A stretch of DNA of 64,000 nucleotides, taken from NCBI GenBank assembly GCA_030704615.1, contig CM060731.1:87978001-88042000 (forward strand). The letters run 5' to 3'. The stretch is from Takakia lepidozioides (Eukaryota > Plantae > Bryophyta). A program made the position numbers and the translations under genes. Under the pieces are notes generated by a model, which saw nothing but the letters and a program-made list of their open reading frames with translations, had not been told where the DNA came from and ran no database searches. Shown here piece by piece: positions 1-11,574 of this stretch (position 1 is its first letter; the number at the start of each line of letters is the position of its first letter).

Positions 1-373
1 CACAGCTGAGAAGGAAGTGCAAGAACAGGTGTCATCAAGAAAGAGGACAATAATGGCCGTCAAAGTACCTACTTAGCACGTCAATTCGGATGAATGGCGG
101 GTCCATTAATGAATACGGAAAAAGGGCAACGGAACAAACGGCAAGTACAGAAAAGCAAAATTCTTGTCACATGTGTTATCCTAGTGGACAGTCCAGCAGG
201 GAAAGTCCACTAAAGAAAATTAAATCTAAAATCCAGTCACAGCGGTTACAGCCAATCAAAAGCCAGAAAAAAGATCAAGAAATTGGAGGGAATTTAAGCG
301 CAAGAGTCGGCGTCGTTCTAAGTAACGGGCGTCTCGACGGGACAAACCATCAATGCTATAGCTTTGAAGCTCT

Positions 374-3300
374 ATGGAGGAACTAACAAACTATACGCTC
401 GCAATATTACTTACGCAGTGGCATAGGGACGGAAGAACAGAGCGGATCTTTTCTCTTAATCGATGCTTGCAAGCCCCGCATGCTTACAAGAAATTACCCA
501 TAGCTTTTTGTGGCAACCATACGTTTATGCTTTGTGCCCTGCAGGCATTTCTTCAATTGTTACAGCCAAAACCTTTCTGTGGGTCTAGAATGAAGAGAGT
601 GAGAGGAATGGAAGAAATCAGGGTGAAGAGCACCACAATCCTGCATAAACAAACGATTGCTACTCCACAGGCGGTACAGTTATTGAAGGAGCTGCGATTG
701 GAAGGATTGCAAAGCAAAGATTGGACATTGCACCATAGACAGTACATGTTACAATTCTTGCAGAACTTTGAGCCTAGGACAAGAGCAACAATGGTGAAGG
801 GAGTTGAATTAGAAATTACTCCCCTATACCTACAGCAATTGTTTGAATTGCCATCAGGTCAGATGCATGTGGAGGAGCACAGGGCAAGACTGCAAATAGG
901 GGACTTATTCCAACAAGGGAGTTTCTTTAAAACTCAGGGTTATGCTTGTACCAAGGCCGTCTACCCAGGGCTAAAGGAGGTAGGCCAGGTATTGAACGTT
1001 CTGTTTGCCATGAAACAAAACCAACAGTATTTGAGCAGATCCTTCACAGAGGAAATACTCAAAGCCCTGAGAGGAGAAGAGGTAGCATGGGCGGACATAA
1101 TGTACAACGCACTGGTAGAGGAGATGAAAAGATTACAGGGCACTGCCGCAAAGTTTCCTATCATAGTGTATGGCCCAATCATTGCTCCAATAATTCTTGA
1201 TTCTTGCATACTTGATGCTCGGGAAAGAAAAGAGATGGGAGTGTTTGAGACTGAAACCACTGCAATGGAAGAGCAAGGCTCTTCACACAGTGAGGGTGGA
1301 CTGGCAGGGCAACCCCAGACTAAGAGACAGAGGCGGGGAAAGACTGTAGTGGCGGATCCACTGGCTTCACGAAAACCGCACGATAGTGTTTCCCAAGCTC
1401 TTGTGCAGGAAGGGGCACAACAGCACAGAGAACTGCTATTATTGGAAGCAGGACCTTCAGAGAGGGAAGAGGAAGTTACTTCAGTATCACAGCCATCACA
1501 GTCAGATGATCGGCTTGTCACAGAGTTACCACAAGTTGTCCATGCAGTTCCACTAGAAATAATTGATTTGGAGAAAGAAGGGTTAGATATTCCCACTACA
1601 GAACAGGTGGTGGCAGAAATTGAGAAGGGGGACCTTCTCTATGAATATTCTGGTCTGGTCAGAGAAACAGTGATTCCGGAGGTGCAACGGTTGTCCAGGG
1701 GAAACCCTGCGGTGCATATAATACACACACTTGTGACGGAGGTACCATAGGTAGAATGTCAAGACACTGCAGCACCGGTGACGGATGAAGTGGTTCAGGA
1801 AGAAAATCTGGTGGGGCAATGGCCTGAGTGGTTCGTGAGGCATCACACTATTGAGGATCAGGGAGAACAGCAGCAAGCTCACCATGATGACCCTCAACAG
1901 GCCATGCTTATGAGTTCCATAAGCAGGACACTTAATTTGTTGGGCACTTATGTCAAATCCTATGTTCCAACTACCCAATTGGCAGCTTTGAGGGAGGAAC
2001 TCAGAAAGGAGTTTGAGGCTTGACTTGCCACTGAGTGTGCAAACAAGGTCGATGAAGAGGTCACTCTCAAGATGCAGCAAGACATAGAGAGTACAGAAGC
2101 GGCTTTAAAATTGGCCAAGGAACAATTGATTGAGGCAGGCCTCGCGCAAGACCAGTTGCACGAAGCACATAAGCAACAGCTATACCAAATGCAGGTGAAG
2201 CATGAAAGCAAGTTGCAAGAAGTGAATGCACTACATACGGAGTTGCAAACAGTGCATGACAGGATGGCCATACAATGTGCTACACTCACAACTATGCTTG
2301 ACCAAGCTACAATAGAAATAAACAGTCAAGTGGAAAGATGTACGAAGGCAGAAGCAGAGAATGTTGAGCAAGTGAAACTCATTGTCGATATGAAGAATAC
2401 AATCTGTCGCAATGAGAATACTTTCAAGCAATATAGGCAGGTTGAAGCTGACCAAGAGAGGTACATCCTGGAGTTGCAACAAACGCTCATGGTAAATAGA
2501 AATGAACTCTCTGTGGCTAACAAGGCTTGGAAGGAAGCCAATAATCTGGCTGCTGCCTATGCGAGTTTGGTTGAACCTCATGCGAAGCGCATGGAGGCTT
2601 TACAGCAGCAGATAGATGTGTACAGGCTCACAGAGGAGCAGACTCTAAGGGGTACCACAAGCAACTTGGTGGATAACCACCTTATGCAGGTCTGGTTAGC
2701 ACAAGGGCCAGTGGAGGGCAAAGCACCACGAAAGCTCACCCAAAGCGAGATGAATGAGCTCAGACTGCAAATGCAGAACATTGCCACAACTACTATAGAC
2801 AATGTCTATAGTAGGATAACGGAGTTACAGGAGGATGTAGACGGCCTGCAGACTCAAGTGGAGGACCTCACTTCAAATATCGACAAGAGAGTCTGTGTAC
2901 CTGAGGAACAGCTAATGGCTTCTTATTTACAAGCGAGAACTTTGGCTTTTCAGTCTTCTTCATAGGGGGTGCAAGAGATGCCAATGGTAAAAGAGCCAGT
3001 GCCACCAACACCACAACAAGTCACTGTGCCAGTAGCTGACCATGTTGTTACTACAGCCACACCACAGCCACCACAGCCTGAGGTATGGGGGAATGCTGCT
3101 TTTAACCCACCTAAAACTCCAGCTGCACGGGAGTACAATCGGGCTATGATTATGCCCTTCAACCAAATTCCCATTGTATTGGATTTGGCTTGGAAGGAAT
3201 TTAGTCCTCCGCAGTCGTTGGCACATTACTATCAAATCATGCGCATTTGGCTGCCAGTGGCAACTAGGACTAAAGTTCTTCCGAACAATCGACCAATTGA

Positions 3301-4147
3301 GGATCATCACTTTGCGCAGTACTGGCATGAGGCAAGTACCATGTTGAAGGAATTAATTGCCTTCCAAGTTGTACATGGATTCATTTATACCAAGACCAAA
3401 GAGGTAGCAAGTATTGTCATGGGCTGCGGGTTATACTACGCTGCTTGTTTTCTGGTACGTTATCACATTGAGCAGCAGAAGATACAAACGCGCTTTCTGA
3501 GTTATTCCAGTGGGGATCATTGGGTCTTACCTTCAGTACCACCTCATATGTACCTATATGAGGCAAAAGTTATGATGCAAAAGGATTCTCAGATTCGTTC
3601 ATGGTTTCATGCGGCCTGGAACAATTTGTCAACACAGAAATTCGGGCCTGACGATATTTTCTTTAAGGGACATGAGGCATGGAAATATTTGCACAATTCA
3701 CAAGTCATTGGTACACCACTCACCTGGACAGACAAGGAGCTCAGGGTCTTCACCAATTTTGCAATTCAGCGCTTACAACAAGTTTTACAGTTTAAACTTC
3801 CAGACATGGTGGGAAAACATTGTATGCCCCAGAGAATTCCAGTTAAAGTTCGACAGTTAAAACACCTCAGGGGGGACGAGGATTCTGATACAACTGTTTC
3901 TTCAGCGGACTCTTTTGACATGGCAGAGGACTATGCAATTCAGATGGCAGAGAAGAAGCGACGGGGGTCTCCTATGCCTGAAAGATTACCTCGATATCAG
4001 CCTCCAGAGGGACTGACATATCCAAGTAGTGTTCAATCATCTCCCTCAACCAGTGACAGAACACGGGCTCGCACACGGAGTCCTTCACGAGACTCTAACC
4101 GTCAGAAGGGTGCTCGCTCACAAAGGGTTACAAATCCCAAACAGTAA
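374..4147 (+). pseudogene. Retrotransposon accessory (ORF2/env-position) protein, about 1250 codons, broken by 3 in-frame stops
   Basis: ORFs 374-1750, 1778-2023, 2072-2965 and 2969-4147 share one frame, separated only by TAG/TGA/TAG. N-terminal 'YMLQFLQNF...VKGVELEITPLYLQQLFELP' resembles the Athila ORF2/Transposase_32-type domain; 2072-2965 is coiled-coil-like. Confidence 0.7.
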
Positions 4148-4148
4148 A

Positions 4149-4183
4149 CCGTGAGGACACGGCTTTTTGAGAGGGGAAGGGGT
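4149..4183 (+). promoter_or_regulatory. Pre-PPT hairpin and polypurine tract
   Basis: CCGTGAGGACACGG inverted repeat then GAGAGGGGAAGGGG immediately before the TG of the LTR. Confidence 0.75.
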
Positions 4184-4185
4184 AA

Positions 4186-4962
4186 TGTTAGAGGACTGTC
4201 TGGGACTTAGACACTTTTACGGGATCTGTGGGATACCCTTAATTTTTGCACAGACTGAGACCAACAGGAGCCTTAGGGGTGACAGCAGCGCACTTTAGGG
4301 GGGGGTTACACAGCCTGTCACAACCAACACGGCCCGTCACAGTCCGACACAGCCCGTCACAGCCAACACAACCCGTCACTGCCATCACAGCCCGTCACAG
4401 TCCGACACAGCCGACACAGCCAGACACAGCCCAACACAGCCCAACACAGTCGCACAGCCAGTCACAGTTTCACACAGCCAGTCACAGCTTGACACAGCTG
4501 TCACGACCATAGGGAACGGATAGCAGGACAGGGAACGACTGTGGGGAACAACATCTGCGAATGGAACATGTTAGTTCACGGATGACGGTTAGTGAGGGAA
4601 ACGGTTAGAACAACGGGTAGGAAGATAAAGCCAGGAGCGAGGACTGGAAAAGGATCACTTCTTGGGGGGACATGAAGCAGAAAACGCATCTCTGAGCAGA
4701 GGAGGGAGAGCACGAAGAAGGAGGAGAACGATCTGTTGATGCTTGATGAATGCAAGCAGTAGAGTTGTAATGTAGAGCAGATTAGAGACTCCATGGCTTC
4801 AGCCTGATACTTGATAGATATTAATCTGATACATACTTCCTACTCACACTGTGTAGAGAGATATGAGTGAAGTTGTGGAATGAATGGATGAATTGATGGA
4901 ATCCGATAGATTGCTGAAGCAAACTGATACTTAAATACCAACAGTAAGGTAACTAGCTAACA
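4186..4962 (+). repeat. 3' LTR (about 777 bp) containing a degenerate (CACAGCC)n tract at about 4309-4506
   Basis: TGTTAG...CTAACA terminal inverted hexamer following the PPT. Confidence 0.7.
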
Positions 4963-5059
4963 TGAATGCGGAAGGAAAACAAATAGGAAATACCCCCATG
5001 ATACACTAGCTGTAGGTCATGACTGATTTTTCTGAGCGGGCTGAGTGCTTAGAGATTTC

Positions 5060-6823
5060 CAACTCTTCTATCTTGGAGTTCCCACCTCGGATAGCGAAGG
5101 GATGGGTGAGTAAAAAGCCGCGCGACATCCTCCCCCACATCATGCAATACAAAGCGCGTGTCAGGCACATACCCCGCCTCCTTCATCATTCTTCTCACCT
5201 TTGCAGTATCATCCTACCTGCCAGCTGCAACATAGATGTTTGATAGCAACACATATGTCGCGGCATCCTGTTCATCCACTTGGGGATAGATGTTGCCGCA
5301 CGTTCAGCCATCTCCACATTGTCATGGATCCACACCACAACATCTGGATTGATTGGCATTTTATTATTCAGGTCCACTGCCTCACCCAGTTGTCGCGCAC
5401 GTCCAAGAAGCTCCACCATGCAGCCAAAGTGCTTTACTGTCAGAGTGACACCATGATCTTGACTCAGGGAATTGAAGTAGCATCTTCTTTCATTCAGTAG
5501 GCCAGTGTGGCTGCATGCAGCGAGAACACATATAAACGTGATATTGTCGGCTTCAAGCCGTCCCTTTGCATTCCTTCAAATAGTTGCAGGACCTCCCTAT
5601 GACAACCATGCTGGGCATATCCTACGATCATCGTATTCAATGACACCACATTTCGTTCAGTCACATTGTCAAATACTCCCTTTGCATCCTTAATGCACCC
5701 ACATTTCTCATACATGTCCATCAGGGCAGTGTCCAGAATGACATTTGGTACAATTCCAGCTTTGAGGATGTCACCATGCACCTCTTTGCCCTTTTCCAGG
5801 GCTACCAGGCTTGCACAAGCATTGCAAACGCACACAATGTGATGTGGTTGCACCTCACCCCTTCCCCCATCATTTGCTCATGTCTCCAAGGCCTCCATCC
5901 CACGCCCCTGCTGTGCATATCATGCAAGTCTCGTTCAGCCATATTGTTGAACACTCCCTCCGCATCCTCAATGCTCCCACGGTTGGCATACATGTCCACG
6001 AGGGTATTAATGGTACAATTCCAGCTTTGGCGATGCAACCATGCACCTCTTTGCCCTTTTTCAAGGCTGCCAGGCTTGCACACGCACACAAACGTGATGT
6101 GGTCAGGCTTCACCCTTCCTCCCATCATTTGCTAATAGGTCTCCAAAGCCTCCATCCCGCGCCCCTGCTGTGCATACCGTGCAAGCATTGCGGTCCACGA
6201 CACCACATCTCGTTCAGCCATAGTGTTGAAAACTCCCTTCACATCCTTAATGCACCCACATTTGGCATACATGACCACCAGGGCAGTGTCCAGGATGACA
6301 TCTGGTACACTTCCAGCTTTGACAATGTCACCATGGACCTTTTTCCCCTTTCCCAGAGCTCCCAGGCTTAATGCACACGCATTGCAAACACAAACAAATG
6401 TGATGTGGTTGGACTTCACCCCTTTGTGCATCATTTGCTCCATCCCGCACCCTTGTTGTGCATATCCTGCAATCATCGCACTCCACGACACCACATCTCG
6501 TTCAGCCATACTGTCAAACACCCCCTTCATACATGTCCACGAGGGTATTGTTCATAAGGACATTTGGTACAATTGCAGCTCTGACAATGTCGCCATGCAC
6601 CTCTTCGCCCTCTTCCAGAGCTGCCAAGCTTGCACACGCATATGCACAGAAACGTGAGGTGGTCGGGCTTCACCCCATCCCCCACCATTTGATCATAGGT
6701 CTCCAAGGCCTCCATACCACGCCTGGCATATGTGCATACCCTACAAGCATCGTGTTCCACGTGATCAAAGATCGTCGAGGCATTCTGTTGAACACTTGGT
6801 GAGCATCCATGATGGTCCCGCAC
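5060..6823 (-). pseudogene. PLS-class (E-type) pentatricopeptide repeat pseudogene, 5' part removed by MULE insertion
   Basis: Repeated 'ALVDMYAKCGCIKDA..VF..MAERDVVSW.AM..GYAQ.G' and 'VKPDHITFVCV..ACASL' motifs across several frames; late motif 'MVELLGRARQLGEAVDL..KMPINPDVVVW'; many frameshifts; PPR sequence 'CGTIMDAHQVF' stops abruptly at 6823. Confidence 0.9.
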
Positions 6824-7100
6824 GGACGTGACTTCCGCGTGAGCGTGAGAGCGTACGCTCACGCGGAGGTGATGTGGCGTGAGCGCACGCTCACACCAAC
6901 TGATGTGGCTTGAGCGTGGGGTCTCGCTGACGTGGCGTGAGTCTGAGGCTGACATGGCGTGGGCCTGCTGACGTGTCGTTATCCTGCTGATGTGGCAGTC
7001 GTCTGAATGACGTGGCATTTGGACAACTTGCCAGATGCCATGTCATCAGAAACATATAGCACCTATAGCCGAGGGGCCTATAGCCATGGCATTCATTCAT
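6824..7100. repeat. MULE terminal/subterminal region with reiterated GTGAGC and (C)TGACGTGG motifs
   Basis: Colinear similarity to the reverse complement of 57410-57593 (CCGCGTGAGC...GAGCGTACGCTCAC...GGTGATGTGGCGTGAGC...CCTATARCCG). Confidence 0.8.
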
Positions 7101-7320
7101 GCAAAACACCAGAAATTAAAATGCAGGAACGACTTGTGAAAGCATTTGCATCCATTCCATTTATTTTCGAACGACTACACACAAGAAAGAAATGGCACAC
7201 ATTGCACAACATAATTGGAGGCTGCATTGGCATCAAATATATGAAGGGACATCAAGTTCAAGTTTCAACTCTTGTGAAATGCAGTAATGGAATTTGCAAT
7301 TGACCAAAGTGAAGATGATG

Positions 7321-10300
7321 CTATGTGCTCCTATCCCGCTGCATAAGTGTATTCACCTCGTTGAAACTCATGGTGGCCTGGTGAATGAAGATGTCGCGTC
7401 TGGGATCACAAACCATTCTGTTCAAGAAGATAAAATACAGATGCTTGCAGGGTATAAATTTGCTTGTCTTTCCCAAACTTGTTGTAAGCATGCCAACAAA
7501 ATCAGGACAGGTGCAGTTGGGGAAATTTGAAACTGTGATGTCGTACAACCGGTCGTGCATGGCGGATGTGGAGGTCATCATAGTGTAGATTCGTCCATAC
7601 CCAGGATGTGGAACTTCTGTAGTGCCTGTAACACGACCTTGAAGCATTCGAGCGGATTCTACCTTGCCGAAATGCTCGGCAGTCGGAGGAAAACGACGAA
7701 CCAGCTTCCCATTTTGTTTTGTTGGCCATGCATCAGCGTTCGGTGGTGGCACTCCAGAACTTGTTGAAGTAGAAGCACCTGCATGTACAGAGGGCGCTCG
7801 CTGAAGGGAGAAGCCTGCCTCCTCCAACATGGCAATCTCGTGAGTTGTGAGATGTGTCCCCACCTTCACAGGCCAAACGCTTGGTGGAGGAGGCTTCATG
7901 ACAACCGATGGTCGCACAATCCCACGCACGCACCTACCACAGTCGTCAGGGCAGAACCAGAATTTGTGGTTCTTTGCCTCGGCTTGCCCGTAAGGCGTGA
8001 ACAAACCAGTGAAGGTCGGAGCCGGAGTGTGGACCTTGCCTCTGGATATGGAGGACTTGCATTTCTCACGATTGGTTGCTTTGATTGCCGTGCACTTCAC
8101 TCGAGACCCAGCAGTGGTGCGTTCTATGTGCCAGACTTCGTCGGGGCACATGGACTCCACCACAGGGGGGAGCACGTTCGCCTCCTACCCCATTGCACTC
8201 ACTGTGGGAGATGGCTGCCTTTGGCTTTGTGACAAAGGATCATCCGCACTGGATATGCCGGAAACGAACCTATGAAATGGAACACGCGGCATGGAGAAGT
8301 TGTCCCTGTCCGGCCTGTGGGAGTCCGCATCCGACCCAGGAGGGGTGTTCAATTTCCATTTACAAGACCCGAATCTCTCCTCACCCTCCAGATGGGGAAC
8401 TCTGGACACCAGTGGAGTTCCTTCCGCACACATGCTGACAGCCCTGGCAATCTTGTTCGGATTCCCTGATCTTCTTGCTGCTTGCAACATCAACTCGGAC
8501 TTGTCTAGACCCTTGCCACCAACGCCACCCCGCAAGAACTCCCGATATCTCATCTATTGCAGTAGAGCTTGAATCAGATCATCTGTCATCGCCACATACA
8601 AATCCCGGCCCCGCTTTCCAGATTGCTGCAACCATACATTGTGCACTGTCTCCGCAAGATTGCAAGAGGGCATGTCCGCCATCTCTTCAATTAAGAAGTG
8701 CTGCAAAATGGAAAAACATATATCAAAAAGAGGACAGGCACACCCCACCACAATAGACATGATTGGATATGGATACAAACTCAATGAAATTTGCAAGTTT
8801 TCAAATGTACGCACCGTTGTCATGCATGCTCCCCATTGTCTATACCGGAAGTGCGAAAATGCCAGCCAGTCTTCTAGCACTCTCATACTGTCTTCTGATG
8901 CAGCCCCAGATGAGAACCACCAGGCACAAATTGTCTGGAACAATGTATTTGCCTCTACCATGCTTTTGGCATCTTTGTACTGTTTGCATAGCCTAAGATG
9001 AATAGGCTGCATTTCTGGTTTGATGTCTGCCTTTGTATGTTTCTCAAGGGACTGGGTCCAATGGAAAAGACATGTTCGCTCTCTTCCTGGCATTGGCACC
9101 TTTGGATCTCCTGATCCAAACACAATGCGAATAGCATTGAAATTCGCTTGAGCACTGTCGGCCATAAATCCGGCGAAATTTGGAGATGGGACACCCTGGG
9201 AGTCCATAACGCGAATGAGACTTCTCCACATTAGCTGTTGCGAATCCGCATCCTCTGATTGCATGTCACACACTGCAATTGTCATGACTCGCTGGTAGAA
9301 AGGATCGCAAACATGACACGCCATTGTAGTCCAGTCTTTCACTCGTTTGACGTGATCAAATATAAGGAAACAGTTCTGAAGATCGCCACCCTTCTGCATG
9401 CGCTTCACAAGACTGACTCCGCTGCCCTCCCCGGCTGTGGACATTTTGAAAATGTACACTTTGTTCGATCCTTGACATGGGAACACACTCTCTTGAATGT
9501 AGTCATACCTGCTCCGTCGCTTCAACTCGAAAATGTTATCAACGTACCCTCTGTTAGCAGAGCCCATCCTCAATGCATTCACCTGGTTTTTAATGTTTGG
9601 CAAGCTCAAGGTAGAGAAGTGATCCATAACATTGTCCAAGGCTGCCTCGTCGAGTTTCCTGCCCACAGAATCTCCTTCACTAAGAATATGGGTTTCCAGG
9701 AAAGTCTTGCTTGCTCCAAGAACAATTGTGGAGGTGGTGGCTGTTGGATTGCTCTCATACTCTTGTCTTATCAACCTGGATATTGTTTCAACGCTTTCCC
9801 TGTAATCCCCCTTCGACACTGGATGGTTGTGGAACCCGAAATGCACACCGGCTCTAGTCAAGGTTGGAAAACGGTGCACCACATAGTACATTCTTGCTCC
9901 ACACACTGCCACACAAGAAGGCGCTCGTTTGCAGAACTTGCAAATGAACGTGTTGGAGCTTGGAGGTGCTTTACCGAGCTTGAAAGGATTCTCGGCGACA
10001 CCCTCCCACTCGCTCTGGTTCTGAACCTCTGACCGCAGGAAATGTCTGCAACTCAAATTCTCGCACCTCAGGTGCCCATTGCACACCGCTCTCCTGAACA
10101 CGAGCTTGTCATCATTTTGAATATTGGATGTCCTCGTTCTGCACCATGGGTGTCCATCGTGTCTCTTGTCCATTCCATGCATCAGGCTCGAAACAGGTCC
10201 ACCCCGCCCAGGTGGAGGCAACTCGAAGACGACATCCCCATCAAAAGATTCCGGAAGGTACTGCACACGCTCAACAGGGACAGTGTCCCAGTCAATCCCC

Positions 10301-10869
10301 CGCAATTCACTCTTGAAACCGGGCATTCCTCCCATTGACTTCAGTTTAGGAATGACACTACACAGGTCCTTCAATTCCGGCACCATGACCACCGGAGAAG
10401 GAGCCACAAAAGGAATTTTCGGGACATCCTCCTCCGAGGAGTCGGAGAGCTCAACAATTTGTCTAGAAGTTGTGGGCTCCGTCTTCATGACCACATTCCT
10501 CTTGTCTTGAACAACAGAAGCAGCAGTTCCCGACGTCACATACGAACCAATCGACTGCCGGCAAGGAGCTCCAAGGACTCTGTATCTTCCTGGAGGAACT
10601 CTCCACTGACTCATAGGTGCGTTTTCATCCGGTTTTTGGAAAGCATACTTCTTCAACTTCCCATCGACATCGTAAACCTCTCTTTCCAGCCACACAATAC
10701 CATACTGGAACTCGAAACGCGTTGCTAGGAGATGTTCCTCCGCAATTGCAAAACCATTGTCATCGGTCTCCTTCGAGAAAGGTACTGGTTTCTCCACAGA
10801 GTAAAACTCCGCTTCGGAGGAAGCCATGTTGCTGCAAGAGAAATTCCCTCGCAGAAGTGCGAAAGCCAC
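7321..10869 (-). pseudogene. MULE transposase with GCM/WRKY-like Zn domain, DDE core and C-terminal SWIM finger; one intron, two premature TAGs
   Basis: 'DGHPW...C.GHLRC.N..C...CKFC..C.A...H.G.HNHP' (GCM-like); 'FDHVKR...FMADSAQANFNA...CLFHW...NLAETVH' (MULE DDE with CxxH); 'CTCPDF...CKHL' (SWIM). ORFs 8554-10869, 8185-8553 and 7321-8175 are in frame; probable intron about 8701-8814. Confidence 0.85.
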
Positions 10870-11574
10870 AAAGTGCAGAACCCACTACTTCTGTGCGGAT
10901 TCTTGTTACAAACGATAGTGGGGATTGCATTTCTCATGCTTTGCATTTCAGACGGAAACCTAAAAGTCCGTCACCTTAACTAACGAGGTCGGCAAAGGAC
11001 AACATGTCATGTATGTCCCAAACCGTTCTGGAAGGGTAAGCCAAGACCTATTTTAAAAGCTGACATACCGTTAAAGAGCCTTTCAGAAACAATTATCAAA
11101 ATAGTTCATCAAAAAGTTGTTCAGCAGTTATGTGCCTTTACCGACCCATGTAAATTGACGGCGGAGACCGACATCACATGCCACCCCAATGTGTTCAGCC
11201 ACGTGGAACCCGACAATGCATTGAGTGTAGGGTTTAAGAGGAATCGGCAGCGAACGAATGGAAGATGTTGATCCGGGAGAATCCAAAAAATCTACTGAAA
11301 TAAGTCATCCATCCTAATCAAATCCATGCGATGGCCACACCTCCATAATGAATGGGTGAGTGTGCCGTTAGGAGGGGGACACGTATGCAGTGAATACATG
11401 CATAACCGCCGAGAGCGATGCCCCGGCTGCTACTCATCGCACGACGTCTCTCATTCCAGTAGATCGTAGTTTTTCAAGCTGGAGAGTACCAGGAGACAGC
11501 GGAACAGTGGAAGGCGTAGAAGACAGTCATTCTTTTTTACTTCAGCGCGAGAGAGGAAGAAGGCAAGAGAGAGA

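Larger units (their letters stand above)
1..4962 (+). mobile_element. 3' half of an Athila-like (non-chromoviral Ty3/gypsy) LTR retrotransposon: accessory ORF, PPT and 3' LTR
   Basis: Long ORF ends at 4147, followed by hairpin CCGTG-AGGA-CACGG (resembles the Athila CATTGAGGACAATG motif), PPT GAGAGGGGAAGGGG and an LTR bounded by TGTTAG (4186) ... CTAACA (4962). The 5' part lies outside the window. Confidence 0.75.

Noticed and set aside
1748-2968. Programmed stop-codon readthrough or alternative genetic code
   Set aside because: Stops fit C-to-T decay seen in all TEs here; host genes use standard stops
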